Source: an uncultured Coriobacteriia bacterium
GTDB taxonomy: Bacteria; Actinomycetota; Coriobacteriia; Anaerosomatales; JAAXUF01
Assembly (NCBI GenBank): GCA_963726345.1
Contig: CAVSCC010000009.1
Span: 91,619-155,618, forward strand
DNA length: 64,000 bases
Direction: 5' to 3'
Shown here: positions 35,364 to 45,166 of the stretch, piece by piece
Layout of the letters: each line of letters opens with the position of its first letter
Position numbering within the stretch: the stretch's first letter is position 1
Notes under the pieces: model-generated
What the model was told of the DNA's origin: nothing
What the model saw: the letters and a program-made list of their open reading frames with translations, nothing else
The model's database searches: none
Position numbers and translations under genes: made by a program

Positions 35364-35894
35364 CTAGAGTCGAGCAACCTGGTCGAAGCCGAGCTCGACC
35401 GGAGTCTCGCGGCCGAAGATGGAGACCATGACCTTGACCTTGCCGGCATCCGCGTTGACTTCGGAGATCGTGCCATCGAACTCGGCGAGCGGTCCGGAGG
35501 TGACCTTGACGCTCATGCCCTCCATGAGATCGGTCGACGTGCGCTGCTTCACGCCCGCCTCGGTCCGCTTCATGATGCGTCCGAACTCGTCGCGAGAAAG
35601 CGGGACCGGCTTGCCCTGCGAGCCGACGAAACCGGTCACGCCGGGCGTGTTGCGCACCACGTACCACGACTCATCGTCGAGTTCCATCTGGACGAGGATG
35701 TAGCCGGGAAACACCTTCTTGTCGGAAGTGACCCGACGACCGCCCTCTTTGAGCTCGGTGACGGTCTCGGTGGGAATCTCGACCTTGAAGATCTTCTCGT
35801 CCATACCCATGGACTGGATGCGATGAAGAAGGTTCGTCTTCACCTTGTTCTCGTAGCCCGAGTACGTGTGGATGACGTACCACTTCTTGGCCAT
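35364..35894 (-). CDS. nusG: transcription elongation factor NusG
   Basis: [30 protein letters not shown]. Confidence 0.99.
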   Translation of the reverse strand: MAKKWYVIHTYSGYENKVKTNLLHRIQSMGMDEKIFKVEIPTETVTELKEGGRRVTSDKKVFPGYILVQMELDDESWYVVRNTPGVTGFVGSQGKPVPLSRDEFGRIMKRTEAGVKQRTSTDLMEGMSVKVTSGPLAEFDGTISEVNADAGKVKVMVSIFGRETPVELGFDQVARL

Positions 35895-35898
35895 TACG

Positions 35899-36189
35899 CT
35901 AGCCGCCGATCTTCTGAATGAGGAAGACGACACGCTGAACGACCAGGTCCGTCAGGGTGATGAACACCGTGAAGAAGATGAGGGTGGTCACGACGACGAC
36001 ACTCGAGTTGATGACCTCGGCCCGGTTCGGCCAGACGACACGCTTCATCTCCGAGCGAACGTCGCGCAGGTAGCCGGTCAGCCGAACGAAGACGTTGGGC
36101 TTCGCCGGCTTGCTCGGCTTGCCCGCCTTGGCTGTCTTCACAGGCTTGTCGGACTTCTGCGCGCTGTCAGCTGTTGTTGCCTTGGCCAT
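35899..36189 (-). CDS. secE: preprotein translocase SecE
   Basis: EMKRVVWP plus one TM helix; between tRNA-Trp and nusG. Confidence 0.95.
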   Translation of the reverse strand: MAKATTADSAQKSDKPVKTAKAGKPSKPAKPNVFVRLTGYLRDVRSEMKRVVWPNRAEVINSSVVVVTTLIFFTVFITLTDLVVQRVVFLIQKIGG

Positions 36190-36280
36190 TCTGTCATCCG
36201 TCCGTTCCGGCGATCCGCCCAGTGGGGATGCCCTTGCAGCAAGCGCCGTGACGTACTGTCGCCACGACGGTAGTGAGCGT

Positions 36281-36357
36281 TGGCAGGCCAGGAGGGGCTC
36301 GAACCCCCAACATCCGGTTTTGGAGACCGGCGCTCTACCAATTGGAGCTACTGGCCT
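36281..36357 (-). tRNA. tRNA-Trp (CCA)
   Basis: Anticodon arm CCGGT-CTCCAAA-ACCGG, TTCGA loop, encoded CCA end. Confidence 0.97.
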
Positions 36358-36383
36358 GCGTCCAGGTTCAGCGTACCCCTTCG

Positions 36384-36533
36384 CTAGCGGGTTTCCTTGT
36401 GAAGCGTGTGAGTCTTGCACCACTTGCAGTACTTCTTGTACTCGATGCGCTCAGGGTTGTTCTGCTTGTTCTTCTTGGTTGTGTAGTTCCGGCGCTTGCA
36501 CTCGGTGCAGGCCAGCGTGACCAGCGTTCGCAT
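36384..36533 (-). CDS. rpmG: 50S ribosomal protein L33 (Zn-ribbon; absent from ORF track)
   Basis: Manual translation [49 protein letters not shown]. Confidence 0.98.
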   Translation of the reverse strand: MRTLVTLACTECKRRNYTTKKNKQNNPERIEYKKYCKWCKTHTLHKETR

Positions 36534-36586
36534 GGGTCCTCCTGTGTGCCGCCCCAAGCCTCAAAGGGGCTTAGGCGCGGAAGGGT

Positions 36587-36616
36587 ACTCTAGCACCCGG
36601 TTTTCGGCACTGTCAA
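36587..36616 (-). promoter_or_regulatory. promoter of rpmG-tRNA-Trp-secE-nusG
   Basis: TTGACA-N18-TAGAGT with TG extension. Confidence 0.75.
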
Positions 36617-36643
36617 TCTCGGCGGGGCCGCTCCAAGGCCGCG

Positions 36644-36671
36644 AAACGGGGCCCGGCACGCGCCGGGCCCC
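36644..36671 (-). terminator. terminator after tuf
   Basis: Perfect 10-bp stem ggggcccggc/gccgggcccc + GTTT. Confidence 0.65.
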
Positions 36672-36698
36672 AGGCGTTTCAGCAGCTTAAGAGGGGTG

Positions 36699-37884
36699 TT
36701 ACTTGATGATCTTGATGACTCGGCCGGAGCCGACGGTGCGTCCACCCTCGCGGATGGCGAACCGCAGGCCGTCCTCCATGGCGATCGGGTTGATGAGCTC
36801 GCCCCTGATCTCCACGTTGTCTCCCGGCATGACCATCTCGGTGCCCTCGGGCAGGTGCGCCACGCCGGTCACGTCGGTGGTCCGGAAGTAGAACTGCGGA
36901 CGGTAGCCATCGAAGAACGGCGTGTGACGGCCGCCTTCTTCCTTGGTCAGGATGTAGACCTGGCCCATGAACTCGGTGTGCGGCGTGACCGAGCCCGGCT
37001 TGCAGAGAACCTGGCCGCGCTCGATCTCGGTGCGGGCGATGCCGCGGAGCAGCACGCCGATGTTGTCGCCGGCCTGCGCCTCGTCGAGGAGCTTGCGGAA
37101 CATCTCGACGCCGGTGACGACGGTCTTGCGGGTGTCGGTGATTCCGACGATCTCGATCTCGTCGCCGACGTGGACCACGCCACGCTCGACACGACCGGTG
37201 GCGACGGTGCCGCGACCCGTGATGGTGAAGACGTCCTCGATAGCCATCAGGAACGGCTTGTCGATGGCGCGCTCGGGCAGCGGGATGTAGGTGTCGACGG
37301 CCTCGAGGAGCTCGTCGATCTTGAGCCATGTAGGCCTCGTCGCCCTCAAGCGCCTTGAGCGCCGAACCCTGGATGATCGGGGTGTCGTCGCCGGGGAAGT
37401 CGTACTCCGAGAGAAGCTCGCGGACTTCCATCTCGACGAGCTCGATGAGCTCCGGATCGTCGACCATGTCGCACTTGTTCAGGAAGACGACGATGTACTC
37501 GACGCCGACCTGGTTGGCGAGCAGGATGTGCTCGCGGGTCTGCGCCATGGGGCCGTCGGTGGCGGCGATGACGAGGATCGCGCCGTCCATCTGAGCCGCA
37601 CCGGTGATCATGTTCTTGACGTAGTCAGCGTGGCCCGGGCAGTCGACGTGAGCATAGTGACGGGTGTCGGTCTGGTACTCAACGTGTGCGATGGCGATGG
37701 TGATACCGCGCTCGCGCTCTTCGGGCGCCTTGTCGATCTGGTCGAACGGAGTGAAGTCGGCAAAGCCCTTCTCGGCCTGACGCTTCGTGATCGCTGCGGT
37801 CAGCGTGGTCTTGCCGTGGTCGACGTGGCCGATCGTACCCACGTTGACATGCGGCTTGGTGCGCTCGAACTTCTGCTTCGCCAT
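36699..37884 (-). CDS. tuf: elongation factor Tu (frameshift near 37322)
   Basis: [37 protein letters not shown]. Confidence 0.98.
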
Positions 37885-38031
37885 GAGTCTCCTCCTTCAA
37901 GGACCTCTGCGACGGTGCCCGCACGAATACGTCGTGCGGGCCGCGGTCCGTCTCTTCATACCATCAACTGCGTAGTTCCTGCATGCCCATCTTGACGCTA
38001 AACGCCACCAGACCTGGCGACGTGTGGTACC

Positions 38032-38109
38032 TGGTAGCGGTGGCTGGACTCGAACCAGCGACTTCACGGGTATGAACCGTGCGCTCTAAACCAGCTGAGC
38101 TACACCGCC
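38032..38109 (-). tRNA. tRNA-Met (CAT), probably elongator
   Basis: GGCGGTGTAGCTCAG...CACGG-TTCATAC-CCGTG...ACCA. Confidence 0.93.
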
Positions 38110-38159
38110 GAAGCATCGCTGCCCGGCTCATGCCGGCCGAGAACGACATCGATGTCGTG

Positions 38160-38235
<76 letters not shown>

Positions 38236-38273
38236 GTGGTAACGACCGATGCACGTGCATCCTAGCGGTCTCG

Positions 38274-38358
38274 TGGTGGGGGCGCCAGGATTCGAACCTG
38301 GGTAGGCGTAGCCAACGGGTTTACAGCCCGTCCCCTTTAGCCACTCGGGCACACCCCC
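38274..38358 (-). tRNA. tRNA-Tyr (GTA)
   Basis: ACGGG-CTGTAAA-CCCGT, long variable arm, CCA end. Confidence 0.97.
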
Positions 38359-38423
38359 GCGAGACAAAAAAATAGACCCTCTGTACGCTTTTCAAGTTGC
38401 AGCGCCTTGGAATGGCAGACGGC

Positions 38424-38453
38424 ATAGTAAGCCATCGCGCTGTGGAGTGTCAA
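38424..38453 (-). promoter_or_regulatory. promoter of tRNA-Tyr-Thr-Met-tuf
   Basis: TTGACA-N18-TACTAT. Confidence 0.75.
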
Positions 38454-39130
38454 TTCTGAACACGGTGCCGGGAGTGTCTACGAGCCGAGGGATCCGGTCC
38501 GCTCGCGATCCCCGTCGAGAGCGCTACTGGGACAACGCGGCGAAGATGGGTCCTGTGTCGCCTGACTCCGGGAACCGACTTCTCGATTTCGGCCCGCGGC
38601 ACCAGACGGTACCACGCGGAGTGGTCACCGTGCGCTACCGGGCGGGACGGGCTGCGCTCGGCCTGCTCGGACAAACCAAGCGCGCGTCGCAGCCATCGGC
38701 AGGACGAGCAGGTCGTCGCGTTCAACCTTCAGCCCGGAGAAGAACGTCTCCTCGGACCCATCCAACAGCGCTCTGACCTGGTCTTCCGGCTGCGCGATCG
38801 CGAGATAGTAGTAGTAGAGGTCGTCGGCGTCAGACGTGAGGATCCAGCCCGGCTCGCGGGTCGAGCTGTCGGCGACCGCCTGAAGCGCACAGCGGCCAGC
38901 ATCCTCGCGGTACAGCGACAGGTTGCGATCCGCCACCTTGGCCGGATCGGTGCCGAAGTAGACATCGGGCTTGATCTTCACGCTGGTGCGGATGCCTTCA
39001 GAGACGAAGACCAGATCCACGCCCGCTCCCCGGAACTGCCGCTCTCGGAAGCCGGAAGGACCTGCACCCCCGGAAGAGATGCCAGGTGGGCGCGGACGAT
39101 CCGCTCGGCAACAGCCTGGAGCAGTGCCAT
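38450..39130 (-). CDS. hypothetical protein, possible PD-(D/E)XK nuclease-like fold (frameshifted; 3' end uncertain)
   Basis: Reconstructed MALLQAVAERIVRAHL...GVDLVF...TSVKIKPD...PGWILTSDADDLYYYY...PMAATRAWF. Confidence 0.6.
38462..38481. repeat. 20-nt motif copy 4 (acggtgccgggagtgtctac)
   Basis: 8 nt upstream of the tRNA-Tyr -35. Confidence 0.72.
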
Positions 39131-39193
39131 CCCTCGCAAGTGCATCAGAACCCCCGATTCCCCCTAGGCTGACAGCGTGCCTGTCGAACTGAG

Positions 39194-39607
39194 CTAGCCC
39201 CCGAGCTGCGCGTCGGCTACGCGAAGCCGACGGCTCAGCACCTCAAGAAGCTTGATCGCGATTGCCGGATGTCGTTGCAGAACCGCCTTGAAGTCCCAGC
39301 TCGAGAGCATCGAGCACGCAACCTGGTCGATCGCACGGATCGTCGCGGAGCGTGGCGCGGAATCCAGCAGTGACATCTCGCCAAAGAAGTCTCCCGGACC
39401 GAGGCTGCCGAGATCAACGCCGTCTCGAAGGACCTCGACGCGTCCGCTCAGTATCAGGTAGAACGCCTGCCCCGGAGTCCCTTGCGTGACGATGATCTGG
39501 CGCGGCTGGAAGAAGCCGTCTTGGGCGACCGCGGCGATTGCGGCGATTTCGTCTGCCGTGCAGCCCGCAAAGATGGGTACCTGTGCGATGAAGTCCTCGT
39601 GCGCCAT
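39194..39607 (-). CDS. stand-alone cyclic nucleotide-binding domain protein (no HTH)
   Basis: VPIF, FYLILSGRVEV, GPGDFFGEMSLLDSAPRSATIRA phosphate-binding cassette. Confidence 0.93.
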   Translation of the reverse strand: MAHEDFIAQVPIFAGCTADEIAAIAAVAQDGFFQPRQIIVTQGTPGQAFYLILSGRVEVLRDGVDLGSLGPGDFFGEMSLLDSAPRSATIRAIDQVACSMLSSWDFKAVLQRHPAIAIKLLEVLSRRLRVADAQLGG

Positions 39608-39723
39608 CGATGCGCCCCCTCAGGCCTGTCCGGGCGTCGCGACACGGTCAGTCTACCGCAGACGGGCGTTCCTCGTTGCTGCACAATGACGGCAGTGGGT
39701 GGGCAACAGAGCGTTCGCACGCC

Positions 39724-41307
39724 ATGGGCGCCAAGTTGGAGGGAACAGTGGCAACGAAGGCACGGCGCAAGAACGAGCAGTTGCTGACGTGGATGCGTGC
39801 GCTGGCGCTCGCCGCGGTGACATGGGCCGGACTGAACGCGATGCACGTGAGGCCCACGTGGCTCGGATTCGCGGCAGCGGCCATCGCTGGCGCCCTCGCG
39901 ATCGCCACTCCCGAACTGGGGGTGCTCGCCGCGGTTGTGGCGCTCAGCATTCCAGTCATGGCCGCACAGCCCGTTCTTGGTCTGGCCGCCTTGGTGCTGG
40001 GGGTCGTCTCCGTCAGGTACCTCGGCGCCGACGGGGGCCGGGCGTTCCTGATCGTGGGAGTCTCCGTGGTGGGCGCCTTCTTCGGCCCGGTGTGGGCGGG
40101 AGTTGCGCTTGCCGGCTATCTGCTCGGCGCTGGAGAGGGTGCTTTGGCGGCCGCGGTCGCATGCGTGATCGTCGAGGCGCTCGGCATCGGCCTCGGGCGA
40201 CAGGTTGTCGGTCCCGTGGTTACCGGTGGGCCGCCGGCGGCGCTCCTGTCCTTCGGGCAGATGCCCGTCACGCTGCTCTCCGCGGCTTGGCTGCGTGAAG
40301 CGTTCGCAGCACTCGGAACTGACAGTATCAACCGAGCCGTCAGCAGCTTCGCAGGGATCAGCCAGCCGCTGGCGCTCATCGTGCAGCCGGCGATCTGGGC
40401 TGCGGGTGCGGTCGCTGCCGGTCTCGTTCGGGCCGAGGCCCTCCGCCGGAAGAACACGGCGCTCGGCCTGGCGGCCGCGGCCACGGGTGCGGCAGTCCCC
40501 GCGATCGGTGCGGCGGTCATGTTCTCGATCGCGGGCATCGCCGTCCCGTGGACGACCCTATCGGTCGCCTTTGTGAGTTCCGCGCTGATTGCGATGGGGT
40601 TCGCGGCGGTGTGGGAGCGCTACTTCCCGCTCGAGCGCAAGACCCCGCCAGTCGCAACGCGACCCGCTTCCATGGCAACGGAGGACGCCGACGTCGACGA
40701 GCTCCTCCGGCTCATCGCCACTGCGGAGGACCGGATTGCGAGCCGTCACTCCGCCGACAAGGTGGTCTTGATCACGGACATGAAGTCGTTCTCGAGAATG
40801 ACCGAGGAGGACGGCAGCGTCGCGACCGCCAAGGCGATCCAACGCCACCGCGACCTTCTCATCCCGATCATCACGAGCGGGGGCGGCAGCGGCAAGTCGA
40901 CCGGTGGCGACGGGCTGGTGGCCGCTTTCGACACCGGTTCCGACGGGCTGCGTGCAGCGGCCGCGATGCAGAGGGCGCTCGCCGAGCACAATGCGGAGCA
41001 TCCGGGCGAGCGCGAGATCTGGGTCAGGATGGGACTCGCCTCAGGCGAGGTCGTGCTGGACAACGGAGGGCGCCCCTTCATCGGAGCCGCGCTCAACCTT
41101 GCCGCCCGCGTGATGAACCTGGCCGATGGCGGTCAGGTGTTCGCGACCGGACTCGTGGCCGCAGAGGCGCCGCAAGCCGGCTTGGTCAGCCGCTCCTTCG
41201 GGGATTTCGAGCTGAAGAACATCGCCGAGCCGATCGAGGTCGCCGAGATCCTCTGGGCGGAGGGCCAGGTGCCTCGCGACCCGCGGACGGCAGACTCCGC
41301 CGGGTAG
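39724..41307 (+). CDS. multi-pass membrane class III nucleotidyl cyclase
   Basis: ~300-aa hydrophobic N-terminus; TDMKSFS, GDGL, VRMGLASGEV, GAALNLAARV, LKNI. Confidence 0.9.
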   Translation: MGAKLEGTVATKARRKNEQLLTWMRALALAAVTWAGLNAMHVRPTWLGFAAAAIAGALAIATPELGVLAAVVALSIPVMAAQPVLGLAALVLGVVSVRYLGADGGRAFLIVGVSVVGAFFGPVWAGVALAGYLLGAGEGALAAAVACVIVEALGIGLGRQVVGPVVTGGPPAALLSFGQMPVTLLSAAWLREAFAALGTDSINRAVSSFAGISQPLALIVQPAIWAAGAVAAGLVRAEALRRKNTALGLAAAATGAAVPAIGAAVMFSIAGIAVPWTTLSVAFVSSALIAMGFAAVWERYFPLERKTPPVATRPASMATEDADVDELLRLIATAEDRIASRHSADKVVLITDMKSFSRMTEEDGSVATAKAIQRHRDLLIPIITSGGGSGKSTGGDGLVAAFDTGSDGLRAAAAMQRALAEHNAEHPGEREIWVRMGLASGEVVLDNGGRPFIGAALNLAARVMNLADGGQVFATGLVAAEAPQAGLVSRSFGDFELKNIAEPIEVAEILWAEGQVPRDPRTADSAG

Positions 41308-41340
41308 CGGCCGTGTCGCGAATCGTCCACGCACACAAGC

Positions 41341-41370
41341 GACGGCCCGAGCTCGAGAGCCCGGGCCGTC
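41341..41370. terminator. hairpin between the convergent cyclase and tRNA-Thr genes
   Basis: gacggcccgagctc/gagcccgggccgtc near-perfect inverted repeat. Confidence 0.6.
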
Positions 41371-41384
41371 GGCTATCTGAGTGC

Positions 41385-41459
41385 TGGAGCTGGCGACAGG
41401 AGTTGAACCCGCAACCTACTGATTACAAATCAGTTGCTCTGCCATTGAGCTACGCCAGC
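41385..41459 (-). tRNA. tRNA-Thr (TGT)
   Basis: CTGAT-TTGTAAT-CAG anticodon arm, CCA end. Confidence 0.96.
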
Positions 41460-41523
41460 GAGCGCGCACTAGTGTAGCGAACGCCCGCATCGGTGTCAGG
41501 AGCGGCAGACCAGCGATGCGAGA

Positions 41524-42180
41524 TCAGCAGGCCCGGCATCGACCGATCTGCGTCTCCATCTTGCGCTTGACGCGCTGGAGCGCGTTGTCGACCGCCTTGG
41601 TGTGCCTGCCGAGCTCGTCGGCGATCTCCTGGTACGAGCGCCCGTTGGTATAGAGCGTCAGCACCTTCGCTTCGAACGACGACAGCGCCTCGGTGACGCC
41701 CGAGCGGATGAAGTCGGTCTCCCAAGCAGCCACGACGATGTCGGCGGGATCGCAGACACCCTTGGCGGCGAGGATGTCGGACAGGAGCCGCTCGCCGTCC
41801 TCCTCCATCGACGTGGAGCGCGACAGCGAGACGTAGCCGTTGAGCGGCGAGTGCTTGCGCCGGGTCGCGGACTTCACGGCGGTGATGATCTGCCGCGTCA
41901 CGCACAGATCGGCGAACGAGTGGAAGCTCGCCTGCCGAGTGGGGTCGTAGTCACGCATCGCCTTGTAGAGGCCGATCATGCCCTCTTGGATGATGTCGTC
42001 CCGGTCGGCGCCGACCAGATAGTAGGTGCGCGCCTTGTAGCGGATGAGCCCCCGGTACTTCCGAACCAGGTCGCAGCAGGCGCGCTCGTCACCTTGCTGG
42101 GCCGCGAGTACGAGCTGAAGCTCCGTCCCGCGTCCGACTCCCGGAAATCGGTGCTCTTCCGTCCCATGATGCTGCAGCAC
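41524..42180 (-). CDS. sigH: RNA polymerase sigma factor, Bacillota SigH/Spo0H-type
   Basis: KARTYYLVGADRDDIIQEGMIGLYKAMRDY, KHSPLNGYVSL, KAVDNALQRVKRK; GTG start with GGAGG SD; follows the NYN gene as in Bacillus. Confidence 0.9.
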   Translation of the reverse strand: MLQHHGTEEHRFPGVGRGTELQLVLAAQQGDERACCDLVRKYRGLIRYKARTYYLVGADRDDIIQEGMIGLYKAMRDYDPTRQASFHSFADLCVTRQIITAVKSATRRKHSPLNGYVSLSRSTSMEEDGERLLSDILAAKGVCDPADIVVAAWETDFIRSGVTEALSSFEAKVLTLYTNGRSYQEIADELGRHTKAVDNALQRVKRKMETQIGRCRAC

Positions 42181-42276
42181 TACGGACCCCCTCCGTCTCA
42201 CACGCCCCGAATTGCCTCCGTTGCGGGATCGGCTGCGCCGCCGGCACGACGCGGGTATGTAAGTAGCCCTGGGGTC

Positions 42277-42305
42277 ACCATATGTCTTAGGGAACCTTAA
42301 GTCAA
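42277..42305 (-). promoter_or_regulatory. sigma70-type promoter of sigH
   Basis: TTGACT-N17-TATGGT. Confidence 0.6.
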
Positions 42306-42381
42306 CGGCTTGGCAACCTCCGCCAGGACTGGCTGAACCGAATGGCGTCGGGAGTATACAAAGCCCAGCTCAGAGGGGGTA

Positions 42382-42898
42382 TCAGACCTCGCCTCGCGCC
42401 CACCGCGAAAGCCGCTCTTTTGTGTCAGCATCGACACGGTCTTCGAGCCTCCCCCGCATGCTCCCGGCCGGCGCGTGCTCCCGCCAGTCAGATTCCTGGG
42501 CGCGCAGCTCCCCCGCGAACTCCGGCGAGGACATTCGCGCCACCGAACCGCCCAAGAACCGCCCATTGGGTCTGCGCGTCTGACGTCACGACCACGGTGT
42601 CGTCTCCCCGCTCGCGTGCGGCCCGCGCCAGCGACTCGATGACCGAATCGGCGTCAGTCCCGTATCGAGAGAAGACCACCGTGATGCCTGCGACCTGATG
42701 TGGAATCCCATTGGACGCCGGATTCAGGTGACCGTCGAACACCACGGTCGCCCGAAACGAGCGGTCCGCGTAGGCGGCGACATCCGACACCAGTGCCGCC
42801 CGCGCGGTCTCAAGGTCATCCTCGGCGAGTTGCCGGTACGGTGGCGTCTGGCGAATCACGTTGTAGCCATCGACGAGCAGCAGCCGCAACGAGCTCAC
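42382..42898 (-). CDS. rae1: NYN-domain ribonuclease, YacP/Rae1 family (frameshifted)
   Basis: LLVDGYNVI, VVFDG, ADSVIE, VVTSD; rlmB-NYN-sigH synteny. Confidence 0.87.
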
Positions 42899-43632
42899 CG
42901 CGCTGTCGTCGAACGGCGCAGCCATTCATACGCCAGGGCGGTAGTGGCCTGCGCCACGTTGAGCGAACCGACCTTGCCGGCCTGCGGCAGGCGGACCAGG
43001 AAGTCACATGACTCGCGCGTCAGCCGGGCCAGCCCCTCGCCCTCCGAGCCCATCACGAGCACGATGCGGCCTTCGAGCGGCGCCTCCCATGCGGTCTGCT
43101 CGGCGTGCTCGGAGGCGCCGGCGATCCAGTACCCGGCATCCTTGCAGCGCGCGAGCGACCGGGCGATGTTCGTCTCCTGCGCCAGGGCGATGTGCGCAAG
43201 GGCGCCGGCTGACGCCTTGTAGGCGGCGGGGGTGACGGCGGCGGCACGGTTCTTGGCGACGAGCACCGCATCGGCGCCGACGACCTCGGCGGACCGTGCG
43301 ACCGCGCCCAGATTCCCAGGGTCGGTGACGTGGTCGAGCGCGATGATCAGCGAGTGTGGCTTTGAGCGGGCGTCGGCGAGCACGGAGTCGAGAAGCGCGT
43401 ACGGGTAGGGCGCGGCATCGGCCACGACGCCTTGGTGCGCGCCCCGCTCGCTGACCTTGTCGATCTCGCGCTTGTTGACGCGCTCGACCGGCACGCCGTT
43501 CTTCTCGGCGAGTCGGACGATGTCGTCGACGGTGCGGTCGGGCTGCGCGTTCTCGGCGAGGAGGACGCGGCGCAAGGGCATGCCGGCCCACAGGGCCTCT
43601 CGGACGGCGTTGCGGCCCTCGATGAACGCCAT
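42895..43632 (-). CDS. rlmB: 23S rRNA (Gm2251) 2'-O-methyltransferase
   Basis: EGRNAVREAL, HQGV, DPGNLGAVARSA, GSEGEG, SLNVAQA. Confidence 0.93.
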   Translation of the reverse strand: MAFIEGRNAVREALWAGMPLRRVLLAENAQPDRTVDDIVRLAEKNGVPVERVNKREIDKVSERGAHQGVVADAAPYPYALLDSVLADARSKPHSLIIALDHVTDPGNLGAVARSAEVVGADAVLVAKNRAAAVTPAAYKASAGALAHIALAQETNIARSLARCKDAGYWIAGASEHAEQTAWEAPLEGRIVLVMGSEGEGLARLTRESCDFLVRLPQAGKVGSLNVAQATTALAYEWLRRSTTAR

Positions 43633-43635
43633 CGG

Positions 43636-45126
43636 CTACTCCTGCGACCGGTAGATGACGCGGGCGCCTTGGGGAGTGTCTTCGATCTGGAAGCCGAATC
43701 CGGCGAGCCCGTCGCGGACGGCGTCCGCGCGCGCGAAGTCCTTCTGCGCGCGAGCTGCGGCGCGGGTGGCGAGGAGCGCGCCGACGGCTCCGTCCGGGTC
43801 GTCGGCCTGATAGCCGGCCACCTCACGCGCCAGAGCGACGACCTCGAGCGGGTAGCAGCAGGTCTGGTCGGCCGATATCTCGATGCCGAGCACGCGCAGC
43901 AGGGACACGACCACGTCCTCGGCCTCGAGCAGCACGAGCCGGTCGTCCTCGCACAGGTCGCTCTGGTAGTCGGCGAGGAAGGTGTTGCCGGCCTTGGCCA
44001 GCTCGAAGACCGCGGCAAGCGCACCAGCGGTGTTGAAGTCGTCGTCCATCTCGTACTCGAACTTCTCGCGCGTCGCCTCGATGGCCGCACGAAGACCGTC
44101 GAGCGCCTCGGCGGGAACACCGAGACCACAGACAGCGAGGTCGCGCGCCCAACGCAGGTTGCGGAGCAGGTTCGCGAGTCGGTTGTAGGCGTGGATGGTC
44201 TCGTCCAGGCGGCTGTCCGAGAAGTCCAGTGAGCTGCGGTAGTGCGTCTGCAGCATCAGCAACCGGATGACCGTCGTGTTGTAGCGGCCGAGCACATCTT
44301 TCAGCAGCGTGAAGTTGCCGAGCGACTTGCTCATCTTCTCCGAGTTGATCTGAAGCATCCCGCCGTGCAGCCAGTACTTCGAGAACTGCACCCCGGTGGC
44401 AGCCTCGGACTGGGCGATCTCGTTCTCGTGGTGCGGGAAGATCAGGTCGCTGCCGCCTCCGTGGATGTCGAACGGGAGGCCCAGCTCGGCCTCGGACATC
44501 GCCGAACACTCGATGTGCCAGCCCGGACGCCCCTCGCCCCACGGGCTCGGCCAGTGCGGCTCTCCCGGCTTTGCGGCTTTCCAGAGCGCGAAGTCGAGCG
44601 GATCGCGCTTGCGCTCATCGGCGCCGACGCGGGCTACGGTGTGCATCTCGTCGATGTCGCGCCCGGACAGCTTGCCGTACTCGGGGAAGCTCCGGACCGA
44701 GAAGTACACGTCGCCGCCGACCGCGTACGCATGGTCGCGCTCGATGAGCCGCTCGATCATCGAGATCATGCAAGGAATCGTCTGCGTGGCCATCGGTCGC
44801 TCGGTCGGGTCCTCGACCTCGAGCGCGCGCATCGCCGATATGAACGCCTCGGTGTACTCCTGCGCGACCTCGGCCGGTGGACGTCCTTCTTCGTTCGCCC
44901 GGTTGATGATCTTGTCGTCGACGTCGGTGATGTTCTGGATGAACCGGACGTCGAAGCCCTTGTACTCGAGGTAGCGACGAATGACGTCGAACGACAGGAA
45001 CGTCCGCGCGTTTCCGATGTGGATGTGGTTGTAGACCGTGGGACCGCAGACGTACATCGCGACCTTGCCGGCCTCGCGAGGCACGAACTCCTCTTTGGTG
45101 CGGCTCAGCGTGTTGTAGACGCGCAT
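43636..45126 (-). CDS. cysS: cysteine--tRNA ligase
   Basis: MYVCGPTVY, HIGN, PGWHIECS, KMSKS. Confidence 0.98.
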   Translation of the reverse strand: MRVYNTLSRTKEEFVPREAGKVAMYVCGPTVYNHIHIGNARTFLSFDVIRRYLEYKGFDVRFIQNITDVDDKIINRANEEGRPPAEVAQEYTEAFISAMRALEVEDPTERPMATQTIPCMISMIERLIERDHAYAVGGDVYFSVRSFPEYGKLSGRDIDEMHTVARVGADERKRDPLDFALWKAAKPGEPHWPSPWGEGRPGWHIECSAMSEAELGLPFDIHGGGSDLIFPHHENEIAQSEAATGVQFSKYWLHGGMLQINSEKMSKSLGNFTLLKDVLGRYNTTVIRLLMLQTHYRSSLDFSDSRLDETIHAYNRLANLLRNLRWARDLAVCGLGVPAEALDGLRAAIEATREKFEYEMDDDFNTAGALAAVFELAKAGNTFLADYQSDLCEDDRLVLLEAEDVVVSLLRVLGIEISADQTCCYPLEVVALAREVAGYQADDPDGAVGALLATRAAARAQKDFARADAVRDGLAGFGFQIEDTPQGARVIYRSQE

Positions 45127-45166
45127 TCCGATCCTTTCAGGCGCAGCGTGACGACTTCGCGTCCCG

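Noticed and set aside
39608-39723. CRP/GlxR site in the cyclase-cNMP protein divergent spacer
   Set aside because: No TGTGA-N6-TCACA match, and the cNMP protein has no DNA-binding domain.
38450-41460. Integrative mobile element at tRNA-Thr or tRNA-Tyr
   Set aside because: No integrase or transposase, and no duplicated tRNA 3' end was seen.
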